This document shows positions 29,211 through 39,128 of a stretch of 64,000 nt of DNA, piece after piece. Location: NCBI GenBank assembly GCA_965228855.1, contig CBDDIJ010000003.1, positions 512,001 through 576,000 on the forward strand, in the 5' to 3' direction. Numbering within the stretch: the stretch's first letter is position 1; every line of letters begins with the position of its first letter. A program made the translations under genes and the position numbers. The DNA is from Candidatus Obscuribacterales bacterium. Lineage in GTDB: Bacteria; Cyanobacteriota; Vampirovibrionia; Obscuribacterales; Obscuribacteraceae. The notes beneath the pieces were generated by a model. It was not told the DNA's origin. It searched no databases and worked only from the letters and a program-made list of their open reading frames with translations.

Positions 29211-30548
29211 ATGAATTTCAATCAGATCAATCAAAACATCCCCGAGGAGGTCAAGCAGATCATCCGCCATTCGAGCGAGGAAGAGGTCGTTGAGATCATG
29301 CTTCAGTCTCTGAAAATGGCGCTTGAAAATCCGGACGAGATGGCTAAGGCTATGCCCGGCATGCCGAAGCAGATGATGGACAGCATGAAGCTTTTCCCGA
29401 AAACGGACGCTACGTTGCGTCCGATGGCTAAGGCCATGGCTAAGCTCTTGATTCAGCAAGTGAAGCACGGCAAGAATCCTACCGAAGAAGAAGTCAACAA
29501 AGCTGTCACTGAGGCGCTATTTGGCGGCGGTGGCATCCCCGGAATGGGTGGCATGGGCGGACTTCCAGGGATGGCTGGACTGGGTGGTTTGCCCGGTATG
29601 GGAGCTCTTCCCGGTATGCCGGGAACAGGTGGCATACCCAATACTCCTGCCGCACAGCGAGCCATTCCGCAAGGTCCGCCGTTAGATCTGGAAGTCGCTT
29701 CTAAGGTCGACACGTTTATTTCAAACGGCAAGAATCGACTTGCGGAGCAGGAGTTCGAAGAGTCGGAAAAAGAGTTCGCGAAGGCGATTGAACTTCTCGA
29801 TGAGCATCAGCCGGAAGGTGACCTGATTTTTACTGCGCTTCAGCATCAGTCCATTGCCCAACTGGAGCAAGCTGAATACCTCAAAGCTGAGCCTGTTTTG
29901 AAGCGCTGGTTGAGACTCGGTGAGAAGATCTACTCTCCTGAACATCCGCTGCTTGCTGGTGCCTATCTCGGTCTCGCTCGCGTGCGCGAAAGCCAGCAGA
30001 AGATGGATGATGCTGAATTGTTATACAAGCGAGCGTTGGCAATTGCTGAGCGCAATGGAGAACAAGACCCTGAGGCGTTCACCGCAACTATTGATTCTGT
30101 CGCATACTTCTACGAATCACGAAAGCGCCACAAGAAAGCAGACCCGCTTTTTGAGAGATCTTATGAAGTCAGGAAAAGTGCATACGGTGAAAAGTCGCTT
30201 GAAGTCGCCGATTTCGAGATTGAGTATGCTCTCGTTCTGAACGAGCGTGCGCAGCATGAGGATGCGGTGAAGTGGTGCCAGCGCGCGATCGAAACCAAAG
30301 AAGCGGAACTTGGAGATCAAGACCCCGAGACCATCGAAGCGGTTGTCCAACTGGCTGAAATTTATTTCGATGCTAAAGACTTCGATGCCGCCGACAAAAT
30401 CTTGGTCGCAGTTATCGACAAGATGACGCCGTGCGCCGAGGGACGATTCGAAGCAATCGAACTGCGTGCCCAGGTGCTTCGTGAAGCGGGTCGCGACGCT
30501 GAGGCCGCCGAGCTCGAAAAGGAACTCAGCGCTGCGGAAGAGTCCTAG
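29211..30548 (+). CDS. TPR-repeat protein with a Gly/Met/Pro-rich linker
   Basis: GGIPGMGGMGGLPGMAGLGGLPGMG linker; kinesin-light-chain-type TPRs (EHPLLA, AELLYKRALAI). Confidence 0.85.
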   Translation: MNFNQINQNIPEEVKQIIRHSSEEEVVEIMLQSLKMALENPDEMAKAMPGMPKQMMDSMKLFPKTDATLRPMAKAMAKLLIQQVKHGKNPTEEEVNKAVTEALFGGGGIPGMGGMGGLPGMAGLGGLPGMGALPGMPGTGGIPNTPAAQRAIPQGPPLDLEVASKVDTFISNGKNRLAEQEFEESEKEFAKAIELLDEHQPEGDLIFTALQHQSIAQLEQAEYLKAEPVLKRWLRLGEKIYSPEHPLLAGAYLGLARVRESQQKMDDAELLYKRALAIAERNGEQDPEAFTATIDSVAYFYESRKRHKKADPLFERSYEVRKSAYGEKSLEVADFEIEYALVLNERAQHEDAVKWCQRAIETKEAELGDQDPETIEAVVQLAEIYFDAKDFDAADKILVAVIDKMTPCAEGRFEAIELRAQVLREAGRDAEAAELEKELSAAEES

Positions 30549-30569
30549 TTTAACTGGTTCGACAAATGC

Positions 30570-30782
30570 TTATAGCGTCGACTTTCCGGAGTCGGCGATT
30601 GACAGTGAATCGAATTGGTTTACGAACTGGCTGGCGACTGTAGAGACAGTCGAGAGCATTCCGCCCTGAAACGCTGCGAACAGTGCGAACAATGCGATAG
30701 CGGCGACAAGGTACAGGTTGCCGTGATCGGTGCTTCCGCTTCCGTCTTCTTCGATTATGAATTGGGCTACGTGTGCCAACAT
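30570..30782 (-). CDS. Small Flp/Fap pilin-like protein (atypical)
   Basis: MLAHVAQFIIEEDG|SGSTDHG followed by a hydrophobic helix; GGAG lies 8 nt before ATG 30782. Confidence 0.5.
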   Translation of the reverse strand: MLAHVAQFIIEEDGSGSTDHGNLYLVAAIALFALFAAFQGGMLSTVSTVASQFVNQFDSLSIADSGKSTL

Positions 30783-30878
30783 CAACCCTGCTCCAGAGAT
30801 CATGGTTTTCCAGACTACGCGATGAGTATATTAAACTCGTCAGTAGCTGACAACACGGAAATTACGCACAATTTATCC

Positions 30879-33800
30879 TTAGCCGCCGCTGAATTGGACT
30901 TGAACGGGCGCTGACTGTGGGCTGGCATTCGCTTTGCTAAGCGTACTATGAAGTATCGCTGCTGCAATGATCCCAACTCCCAGCGTGATTCCACCGCCGT
31001 TGAGGAAACGAGCGCCGCGTCCAGCCGTTGTGGCTTCCGATTTGACGGGAACTCCGAGGTCTGCGCGTAGCCGGTTGAAGAGTTCAATCTTTGCCTCTTC
31101 CTGGGCGACGGCGTCAAGTGAATTGAAGTGGTCGCGCACTTGTTGCCACTTGGCTCTCTCTTCGGAGGTTTTAGTCGAGTCGTGAGCAGCTGTTTCGAAT
31201 ATTTTTGCAATGTCCTCGATTCCGAGCTCACGCTCCATAGTGTTTAACATTCTCGGTACGTCTCGCTTCGCGACCTTAGCTATTAAACCGCCAGGCAGTT
31301 GAATTTCGACTCGCTTCGCTTGCTCCATGGCGGCTTCGGGGCGTTGAAGTTGCGGGCTTGAATCCCCTTGAGCGTTTTGAAAAGGCGATGTTTCGATTGG
31401 AATCTCGTCCACCGCCGGCGGTGGCACCACCCGTGTTTCTATTCTTGGTCTGTTAATGTTTTCATTTGCGTAATTGCGCTGTTCAGCCAGCCGTTGCTTC
31501 AGATCTTCGACTCGTCTTCCGGATGCTCTGATCTCACTTTCTGCAAGGCGAAGACGCTCTTCAAGCTTAGCTTCTCTCGTTTCGGCCTCTGTCTTTTCGC
31601 TGCCTGCGCTATCCCGTTCTGTCTCCGTTTGTTGTAACCGTTCCCTGAGAGCGCTCTCGCGTTGTTGCGACTCTGCGCGTTCCTGTGCGGCTTTGACCGC
31701 GTCTGCTTCTCTCGCCGCCTGCATATCTCTGAGTTGTTGCTCCAGTTCTGCCTGCCGTTTCTGAGCCGCCTTCAGGTGTGAATCTGACTCGGTTCGCTCT
31801 CGCTGGGCGTCGGCAAGAGTAGTTTCCAACTCAGAAACTTTTTCTTTGGCTGATGCTCCTTCTGTTTCAGATTTTTGGAGAGCTGTCTCCAGTTCAGTGA
31901 CTCTTGAGTTCGACGCATCAAGTTGTTTTGTGAGTTTCTCGGTTGTCTCTGTTTTCGCGGTTTGCGCCTGCTCCAATTGCGTCGACAAGTCAGTAATGCG
32001 AGTTTCCATCGCGGTAATTTCTGTTGCGCGTTTTTCTGTTGCAAGTCGCTGAGCTTCTTTGTATTGGTCGAATGTGGTGCGGAGATCGCGAACTTCCTGG
32101 TCGAGCCTCGCCTTGTCAGCGGTGTTCTGCTCAGTGGCTTTGTCTAGTTCGACCTGTTTCTCAGCTAGCTTAGTATTGAACTCCTCGACCTTCTGCTCGT
32201 GCGCGATCTTCTCCGCCGACAGTTTTTCGTCTGCGCCAATTTTGTCTCTTTGTGCTGTTTCAAGTGCGCTGGTCAGGTCCGCTATTGTTTTGCTCTGTTC
32301 CGCCGTCGAAGCTTTGGCTGATTCTGCTATCGAAAGATTTTCCTGCTTTGCTAGTTCGAGAGCTTTCGTAAGCTCGGCATTCCTAGTATCGGTAGCGGTG
32401 CGCGCTCGTTCCGCGTCTGCTAGTTTCTCTTGATTGCCATCAAGCTTTGTTTTGGTGTCAGCCAGCTTCGTTTCGGTGTCAGCCAGTTTCGTCTCAGTAT
32501 CAGTTAATTTCGTTTCGGTATCAGCTAGCTTCGTTCCTGCTTCAGTTAGTTTGGTTTCCGTATCGGTAAGTTTCGTTGCTGTTTCGCCGAGCTCGGTTTT
32601 GAGGTTTGCTTCGCGTTGCTCTGCAGCGGTTCGCTCTCGCTGGGCGTCGGCAAGAGTGGTTTCCAACTCAGAAACTTTTTCTCTGGCTGATACTCCTTCG
32701 GTTTTAGATTTTTGGAGAGCTGTTTCCAGTTCCGCAACTCTTGAATTGGAGGTATCAAGTTGTTTCGTGAGTTTCTCGGTTGTCTCCGCTTTGGCTGTTT
32801 GCGCCTGCTCCAACTGGGTCGATAAGTCCGTAACGCGAGTTTCCAGCTCGGTAATTTCTTTTGCGCGTTTTTCTGTCGCAAGTCGCTGAGCTTCTTTGTA
32901 TTGGTCGAAGGTGGTGCGGAGATCGCGAACTTCCTGGTCGAGCCTCGCCTTGTCAGCGGTGTTCTGCTCAGTGGCTTTGTCTAGTTCGACCTGTTTCTCA
33001 GCTAGCTTAGTATTGAACTCCTCGACCTTCTGCTCGTGCGCGATCTTCTCCGCCGACAGTTTTTCGTCTGCGCCAATTTTGTCTCTTTGTGCTGTTTCAA
33101 GTGCGCTGGTCAGGTCCGCTATTGTTTTGCTCTGTTCCGCCGTCGAAGCTTTGGCTGATTCTGCTATCGAAAGATTTTCCTGCTTTGCTAGTTCGAGAGC
33201 TTTCGTAAGCTCGGCATTCCTAGTATCGGTAGCGGTGCGCGCTCGTTCCGCGTCGGCTAGTTTCCTTTGATTGCCATCAAGCTTTGTTTCGGTGTCAGCC
33301 AGCTTCGTCTCAGTATCAGTCAATTTCGTTTCGGTATCAGCTAGCTTCGTTCCGGCTTCAATTAGTTTGGTTTCCGTATCGGTAAGTTTCGTTGCTGTTT
33401 CGCCGAGGTCTGTTTTGAGCTTTGCTTCGCGTTGCTCTGCAGCGGTTCGCTCTCTCTGGGCGTCGGCAAGAGTGTTTTCCAACTCAGAAACTTTTTCTTT
33501 GGCTGATGCTCCTTCGGTTTTAGATTTTTGGAGAGCTGTTTCCAGTTCCGCAACTCTTGAATTGGAGGTATCAAGTTGTTTCGTAAGTTTCTCGGTTGTC
33601 TCCGCTTTGGCTGTTTGCGCCTGCTCCAACTGGGTCGACAAGTCCGTAACGCGAGTTTCCAGCTCGGTAATTTCTGTTGCGCGTTTTTCTGCCGCGAGTC
33701 GCTGAGATTCTTTGTATTGGTCGAAGGTGGTGCGGAGGTCGCTTAGCTCCTGGTCGAGCTTCGCCTTGTCAGCGGTGTTCTGCTCGGTGGCTTTGCCCAG

Positions 33801-36071
33801 TTCGGCCTGTTTCTCAGCTAGCTTAGTATTGAACTCCTCGACCTTCTGCTCGTGCGCGACTTTCTCTGCCTCTAGCTTTTCGTCTGCGCCGAGTTTGTCT
33901 CTTTGAGCTGTTTCGAGTTCGCTGGTCAGGTCGGCTATAGCTTTGGTCTGCTCCGCCGTCGTGGCTTTAGCAGATTCCGTAATCGACAGATTTTCCTGCT
34001 TTGCCAGTTCGAGAGCCCTGGCAAGCTCGGAATTTTTAGTATCGGCAGTGGTGCGCGCTCGTTCTGCATCAGCTAGTTTCTTTTGATTGCCATCAAGCTT
34101 CGTTTCGGTGTCAGCTAGTTTCGTTTCGGTTTCAGCTAATTTCGTTTCAGTATCAGAGACCTTTTCTCTGGCTGATGCTGCTTCGGTTTCAGATTTATTG
34201 AGAGCTGTCTCCAGTTCCAAGACTTTTGAATTTGAGGCTTCAAGTTGATTCGTAAGTTTCTCAGTCGTCTCTGTTTTCGCGGTTTGCGCCTGCTCCAACT
34301 GGGTCGACAAGTCCGTAACGCGAGTTTCCAGCTCGGTAATTTCTGTTGCGCGTTTTTCTGCCGCGAGTCGCTGAGATTCTTTGTATTGGTCGAAGGTGGT
34401 GCGGAGGTCGCGTAGCTCCTGGTCGAGCTTCGCCTTGTCAGCGGTGTTCTGCTCGGTGGCTTTGTCCAGTTCGGCCTGTTTCTCAGCTAGCTTAGTATTG
34501 AACTCCTCGACCTTTTGCTCGTGTGCGACCTTCTCCGCCGTCAGTTTTTCGTCTGCGCCAAGTTTTTCCCTTTGAGCTGTATCAAGCGCTCTGGTCAATT
34601 CATCGATCTTTTGGGACTGATCCGATTTCACATCAATCGGCGAATTCTCTCTAGGTTTGCTTGTTTCCTCTTTGGAGTTTTCTGCCGGGTTCATTCGCTC
34701 AAAGGCCCATTTTGTTCCGCGCTGGATCAGTTTGTATCCGGCTCCGGCGAGCACCACGCCGATTAAGGCATTTTGGGCGAGTGATTTCAGGTCGCTATCA
34801 TTGAAACCTTTGGTTGCGTCTTCTGTTTCTGAGTTTGGTTCGGGAGTAGCAACGGCGTGCTCGGCGGCGTTTTTTTTCTCCGGTTCGCTTGATTGAATTG
34901 CATTTGTCTCGACGCCGAGCACCTTATCCGGTGCCTTCGCCTCCGGACCGTTTCCGTTTCGTTTCTCGAAGTGTTCGCGATACGCTTGCTGTTTGAGCCG
35001 ATTGAAGCTCTCAGTAAACTCCAATTCCGGACGCAGTTTTACAGCCTCCTTCAGAAGCGTTTGTCCTTTTGCTAGAAGTTGAGCATCCCCGGTCTTTATG
35101 TAAGCAAAGGCGACTTCTGAACGAATGTGCGCTGGTTCCATGTAACGTTGATAAGCGTCCCATTCTTTTTCTGCCGCTAGTGAACGTTTCTCGTACAATT
35201 TTGAGGTGTTGTGTCCGGCAGCGTTTTCTTGAACAATGGTGCGGTCTATAACAAGCCGGTCTCGGAATGTTTCCATTCGAAGATCTAGCAATGCGTCCGA
35301 ATTGGTTTTGTCGCTCTCTTGAATTGCTTTGTCAAAAAGATCAGTAGCACTGTTAATGCCTAATTTCTTTGCAGTTTCAAATCCAGTGGATAGTTGCTCT
35401 GCTGCAGCAGTGTTTCTTTCACCAGCATGGACGTTTGTTCTCTTCGGCGGAAGTTCGGGCTCTGCGGTGTAAGGGACCGACATCGTACGAGCCATTTTTT
35501 CGTATCCCGCGAGCAATCCGGTTTGAAACTCGCGGCTGAACTGCAATTCTGGTCGGCGTGATACTGCTTCTAGAAGCAGCTTTTCACCCGCTGCTATCTC
35601 TTTTGTTTGGCCCGAGCCAATTAAATCGAGACCAAAACTCGCCCGACTGGTCGCTGGCGACAAATAGTCCTGATACTTGTCCCAGTTAAGATGGTCCTGT
35701 AGTTGCTGTGCGTTGCGAATGAGGTTGGACAGCGGATCTTGGCGACCTGCTACCCGTGAGGAATTCAAATCCAAATCGATTTTGTCTTCTACACCGCGCT
35801 GAAAACCTGCAAGCAGCATCGGGTGATTTAGATCGTCGGACTTTTTGATTTGCTCGATCTTCTGATTTGCTGGCTCTTTTGGTGACGAGAGCTCGTCCAT
35901 CTGGTGTTGCCAAATTTCTGACGAAATGTCCTGCCATCGCGACCCGCCATTTGCAGTCGGACGAAAGTCTTCCGTCGCTTCCAAAAATGTAATGCTCTCT
36001 GCTTTGACAGGCGAGTAAGCATCGTTATTTCCCACTGAACTTGGGACGTTGGTGTTTTCGATTTTTGACAT
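30879..36071 (-). CDS. Giant repetitive coiled-coil protein with two hydrophobic segments
   Basis: About 1730 aa, with more than 1000 aa of E/K/A/T/L-rich heptads between TM-like ALIGVVLAGAGYKLI and GITLGVGIIAAAIL. Confidence 0.9.
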   Translation of the reverse strand: MSKIENTNVPSSVGNNDAYSPVKAESITFLEATEDFRPTANGGSRWQDISSEIWQHQMDELSSPKEPANQKIEQIKKSDDLNHPMLLAGFQRGVEDKIDLDLNSSRVAGRQDPLSNLIRNAQQLQDHLNWDKYQDYLSPATSRASFGLDLIGSGQTKEIAAGEKLLLEAVSRRPELQFSREFQTGLLAGYEKMARTMSVPYTAEPELPPKRTNVHAGERNTAAAEQLSTGFETAKKLGINSATDLFDKAIQESDKTNSDALLDLRMETFRDRLVIDRTIVQENAAGHNTSKLYEKRSLAAEKEWDAYQRYMEPAHIRSEVAFAYIKTGDAQLLAKGQTLLKEAVKLRPELEFTESFNRLKQQAYREHFEKRNGNGPEAKAPDKVLGVETNAIQSSEPEKKNAAEHAVATPEPNSETEDATKGFNDSDLKSLAQNALIGVVLAGAGYKLIQRGTKWAFERMNPAENSKEETSKPRENSPIDVKSDQSQKIDELTRALDTAQREKLGADEKLTAEKVAHEQKVEEFNTKLAEKQAELDKATEQNTADKAKLDQELRDLRTTFDQYKESQRLAAEKRATEITELETRVTDLSTQLEQAQTAKTETTEKLTNQLEASNSKVLELETALNKSETEAASAREKVSDTETKLAETETKLADTETKLDGNQKKLADAERARTTADTKNSELARALELAKQENLSITESAKATTAEQTKAIADLTSELETAQRDKLGADEKLEAEKVAHEQKVEEFNTKLAEKQAELGKATEQNTADKAKLDQELSDLRTTFDQYKESQRLAAEKRATEITELETRVTDLSTQLEQAQTAKAETTEKLTKQLDTSNSRVAELETALQKSKTEGASAKEKVSELENTLADAQRERTAAEQREAKLKTDLGETATKLTDTETKLIEAGTKLADTETKLTDTETKLADTETKLDGNQRKLADAERARTATDTRNAELTKALELAKQENLSIAESAKASTAEQSKTIADLTSALETAQRDKIGADEKLSAEKIAHEQKVEEFNTKLAEKQVELDKATEQNTADKARLDQEVRDLRTTFDQYKEAQRLATEKRAKEITELETRVTDLSTQLEQAQTAKAETTEKLTKQLDTSNSRVAELETALQKSKTEGVSAREKVSELETTLADAQRERTAAEQREANLKTELGETATKLTDTETKLTEAGTKLADTETKLTDTETKLADTETKLADTKTKLDGNQEKLADAERARTATDTRNAELTKALELAKQENLSIAESAKASTAEQSKTIADLTSALETAQRDKIGADEKLSAEKIAHEQKVEEFNTKLAEKQVELDKATEQNTADKARLDQEVRDLRTTFDQYKEAQRLATEKRATEITAMETRITDLSTQLEQAQTAKTETTEKLTKQLDASNSRVTELETALQKSETEGASAKEKVSELETTLADAQRERTESDSHLKAAQKRQAELEQQLRDMQAAREADAVKAAQERAESQQRESALRERLQQTETERDSAGSEKTEAETREAKLEERLRLAESEIRASGRRVEDLKQRLAEQRNYANENINRPRIETRVVPPPAVDEIPIETSPFQNAQGDSSPQLQRPEAAMEQAKRVEIQLPGGLIAKVAKRDVPRMLNTMERELGIEDIAKIFETAAHDSTKTSEERAKWQQVRDHFNSLDAVAQEEAKIELFNRLRADLGVPVKSEATTAGRGARFLNGGGITLGVGIIAAAILHSTLSKANASPQSAPVQVQFSGG
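31790..34590 (-). repeat. Intragenic tandem repeat array (unit spacings 837, 816 and 669 nt) with nested 21-nt KLADTET heptad repeats
   Basis: The marker TTGTATTGGTCGAA recurs at 32059, 32896, 33712 and 34381, and the DNA is near-identical between units; outer boundaries are approximate. Confidence 0.93.
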
Positions 36072-36425
36072 ACGCACAATAAGCTCTATCTGACGAAGGG
36101 GGAGGAGCGTCAGCAAATCATCGTACGAATCTATTCAATCGCTTCTAATTTTGGACAGGGAAAACGCGAAAATGTCGATTCTGCTTGTGATATTGAAAAT
36201 CACCCTGGATTGATTTTGTCATGTTTATCCATCAATATCGACTGAAGTCGAGTGGGGGAGCGGTTTAATCTGAAGTCACAAAAAAGCCACGTCGCCGTAG
36301 GAAAGTATTCTCGGAAGTTTCCCAGGAGACCGCACGCCTTGAAGAGGGTATCGGAACCGCCAAGCATATTTAATTTCACAGGCGATCAGTTGCCTGACTC
36401 GGAGAGCCCGGGAGAGGGCGCCGAT

Positions 36426-36554
36426 ATGTATTACACTCTCTGGCATCGCCAAAAGTCGGAGCTGGTAGCCCTGCGATTCTTGGTTATGATGCAATTGTTA
36501 GGTATTTTTGTCTTATCTATAACTATCGGATGCTTGTTGTTTCGCGGCTATTAA
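36426..36554 (+). CDS. Possible 42-aa single-TM small protein
   Basis: MYYTLWHRQKSELVALRFLVMMQLLGIFVLSITIGCLLFRGY; purine-rich GAGAGGG upstream; lies in an otherwise empty gap. Confidence 0.35.
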   Translation: MYYTLWHRQKSELVALRFLVMMQLLGIFVLSITIGCLLFRGY

Positions 36555-36565
36555 CGATTCACGAG

Positions 36566-37420
36566 TTATTCACTGATGATTTCAAACAGCTTCAAGTCTC
36601 CACGAAGGTCTGTTACCGTCTGATACCGGTCTTCCGGCTTCTTCTCCAAGCATCGCATGATGATAAGTTGAAGTTCCTGCGGAATGTTAGTTGCGCTGGC
36701 AGCCCGTGCAAATGGCGTCGGAGCTGTTTTTACTTGCTTGGTCATTGTGTCTCGTGGCGTGGCTCCGGCAATCGGGGCAAGACCTGTCAAGGCGCGAAAC
36801 ATGACACAGCCCAGCGAATAGATGTCGGAGCGCGAGTCGACATGCGCGGCCATGCATTGCTCTGGGCTCATGTAGGCAGGTGTTCCGGTTACGTAGCCCT
36901 CTAGAGTGACCTTCTCTGCTTTAGCTTTTTCCGGGTCAGCCGGCAGCGCTAGCCCGAAGTCTACAAGTTTTACCGTCTCCGGTTTTCCGTCCTGTGGAAC
37001 TAGCATAATGTTGGCGGGTTTCAGATCGCGGTGAACTATGCCCTGGTTATGCAAATGTTCTAGTGCATCGCAAGCCTGGCGGAAGATGTTGATGCTACGC
37101 GCAACGCTAAGATTGCCTTCTGACCGAATGGTTTTTCGCAGGGTATCTCCGTCGACGAGCTCCATTACCAGATAGTGTTCACCACCTGTGGTGCTGCCCA
37201 GATCGTAGACTTGAACCACATTGGGATGACTGAGTTTACTGGCTGCGCGCATTTCTCGTTGAAAGCGCTGGACATCTCGCTCGTCTTGACTGCTGAGAAT
37301 TTTGATTGCAAACGGCTTTTCATCGTCCAGTTTGATTGCTTTATAGACAACCCCAAGGTGCCCTCGACCGAGTTCCTCGATTAGTTTATATCTTTCCGAA
37401 ATTAGACTGTTTAACAACAA
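36566..37420 (-). CDS. Stand-alone Hanks-type Ser/Thr protein kinase
   Basis: LGRGHLGVVY, AIKIL, HRDLKPANIM, DFGLA, GTPAYMSPEQ and SDIYSLG motifs. Confidence 0.95.
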   Translation of the reverse strand: MLLNSLISERYKLIEELGRGHLGVVYKAIKLDDEKPFAIKILSSQDERDVQRFQREMRAASKLSHPNVVQVYDLGSTTGGEHYLVMELVDGDTLRKTIRSEGNLSVARSINIFRQACDALEHLHNQGIVHRDLKPANIMLVPQDGKPETVKLVDFGLALPADPEKAKAEKVTLEGYVTGTPAYMSPEQCMAAHVDSRSDIYSLGCVMFRALTGLAPIAGATPRDTMTKQVKTAPTPFARAASATNIPQELQLIIMRCLEKKPEDRYQTVTDLRGDLKLFEIISE

Positions 37421-37588
37421 TAGTCCTCATCGCTCCTAATTTTGAATACCCGGCTGCTAAATTCAACAAACTTCTTTTCCAGACTTCTGTCAATCTGGAA
37501 CAATGTTCTGGAAGCACCTCTTTGGTCGCACTAAGTGACGAGCCAGATGTGATGCAGGAGACTTTCGAATCCAGTGAGGGAGAGGTTG

Positions 37589-38311
37589 ATGCCGCGCGTG
37601 CCGAAGTCAAAAAATGACCGTGATATTGTCGATTACGTCCAAGCAGAACTTGCAAAGGTTGCCGACAAATCCAAGGCTCCCGAGATGCAGACCTATATGA
37701 AAACAGATATGCCGTTCTACGGCGTTCAGAAGCCAGATCGAGTACCAATTATTCGCGGTATGAAGGCGAATTTCCGCCCGGCGAGTCGTTCGGAGTACGA
37801 GCAAACGATTCGTCGCCTCTGGGACCTGCCTCACCGAGAGGAAAAATATCTTGCTCTGAACTACGCATGCGATTTTGTCTCGCTTGCTGAGCCGAAAACG
37901 CTTGTGCTGTTCGAGGCGCTGGTTCGTGAAGGCAGCTGGTGGGACTTCGTTGACGTAATTGCAGGTCACCTGGTCGGCGCTATTTACCTTAAATATCGCA
38001 ATGAAATAGAGCAACACATGGACAATTGGATAGCAGATGACGATTTCTGGATTCGAAGAACTGCCATCCTGAGCCAGATGAAGCATAAAAAGTCTACCGA
38101 CGCCAAACGTTTATTCGCCTATTGTCTCGCTCAGGCTGGCGAGAAGGAGTTTTTTATTCGAAAAGCTATTGGCTGGGCACTTCGCGAGTATAGTTATGCG
38201 GAGCCCGCGGCCGTCAAGAAATTTTTGCTTGCCAATAAGAATCGTTTGTCGCCTTTAAGTTTCAAGGAGGGTGCCAAGCATCTTGTCAAAGTTGGAGTTA
38301 TGGATGCTTGA
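37589..38311 (+). CDS. DNA alkylation repair enzyme (AlkD-like HEAT-repeat glycosylase family)
   Basis: MQTYMK...FYGV, HREEKY, WWDFVD, DFWIRRTAI and EFFIRKAIGWALREYS motifs. Confidence 0.9.
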   Translation: MPRVPKSKNDRDIVDYVQAELAKVADKSKAPEMQTYMKTDMPFYGVQKPDRVPIIRGMKANFRPASRSEYEQTIRRLWDLPHREEKYLALNYACDFVSLAEPKTLVLFEALVREGSWWDFVDVIAGHLVGAIYLKYRNEIEQHMDNWIADDDFWIRRTAILSQMKHKKSTDAKRLFAYCLAQAGEKEFFIRKAIGWALREYSYAEPAAVKKFLLANKNRLSPLSFKEGAKHLVKVGVMDA

Positions 38312-38441
38312 AGGCTCCAGTCGTGTATCATGGGTAACCATTAACAATCATCGGTTTAAAATTGACGTTTCATTTACTACCGTTTGTTGTTGAATTCGAG
38401 TGTGGCATAAAGAATGCCTGAGAATCATAAGGAGTAAGACG

Positions 38442-39110
38442 ATGAACCTTTCGGCAAAAAATGTTTTCCAGGGCATTCCCTTGATCATGTGTTTTGCTCT
38501 TTTAAACGCTTCGCCAGCGTCAGCACAGGTCGCAGGCGCAGACCAGGGCATTTTCAGTGATGAAGAACAGATGCTGCGAATCAATAATTCTCAGGTTCAA
38601 CAGTATCAATCGCAAATGGCACAGGCTGAGCGTGATTTGAACTCTGAAGAAGCGAAAAATGAGACCTATCGTCTCTACGCGCAGAAAAAAGTGACGGATC
38701 TGTCGAAGTCCGTCGCCACTGCAGCTGGTGCTAAGAAATCTGAAGATCAACAACAGCTTCAGTTTTTCAAAGATTGGTTGAAGCGCGATCAAGATTACAA
38801 GGCTAGACAAACAGCCTATATCAATCAGCTTCAGCAGACCATCAACAATCTACAACGTGGACAGCAAACAACACTGTCGAATCTTGGTTCTGACATCACC
38901 GCGATGCGCGAAACGGTTCAAGACAAAAAAGACGCGCAGAAGTTCAATCAAATGATGCAAATGAACTACTTCAACGAGCTGCAAAGCGAGATGGGGGCTG
39001 CGACCTGGGGAAGACCTCCGCAAGATGGCACGTTCAACAGCACAGGCGGCTACGGTATGATGGGTGGTTATGGTTACAGTATGGGTGGTGGACGTCGCAA
39101 CTACTGGTAA
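38442..39110 (+). CDS. Secreted Gln-rich coiled-coil hypothetical protein with a Gly/Tyr-rich tail
   Basis: TAAGGAG SD; signal peptide ending ASA-Q; helical Q-rich core; GGYGMMGGYGY tail. Confidence 0.75.
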   Translation: MNLSAKNVFQGIPLIMCFALLNASPASAQVAGADQGIFSDEEQMLRINNSQVQQYQSQMAQAERDLNSEEAKNETYRLYAQKKVTDLSKSVATAAGAKKSEDQQQLQFFKDWLKRDQDYKARQTAYINQLQQTINNLQRGQQTTLSNLGSDITAMRETVQDKKDAQKFNQMMQMNYFNELQSEMGAATWGRPPQDGTFNSTGGYGMMGGYGYSMGGGRRNYW

Positions 39111-39128
39111 ACGAATCGAAACGGTTCG

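Noticed and set aside
31790..34590. CRISPR array or mobile element; repeated plus-strand ORFs starting MYWS
   Set aside because: The repeats are in-frame coding units without unique spacers, and the plus-strand ORFs are antisense shadows.
30879..36071. SMC protein or phage tape-measure protein
   Set aside because: No Walker A/B or hinge motifs are visible and there are no phage structural genes nearby.
36187..36220. Fur-box-like or inverted-repeat operator (GTGATATTGAAAATCAC; AAAATCA-N8-TGATTTT)
   Set aside because: The match is short and AT-rich with several mismatches, and no iron-related gene is adjacent, so it cannot be supported.
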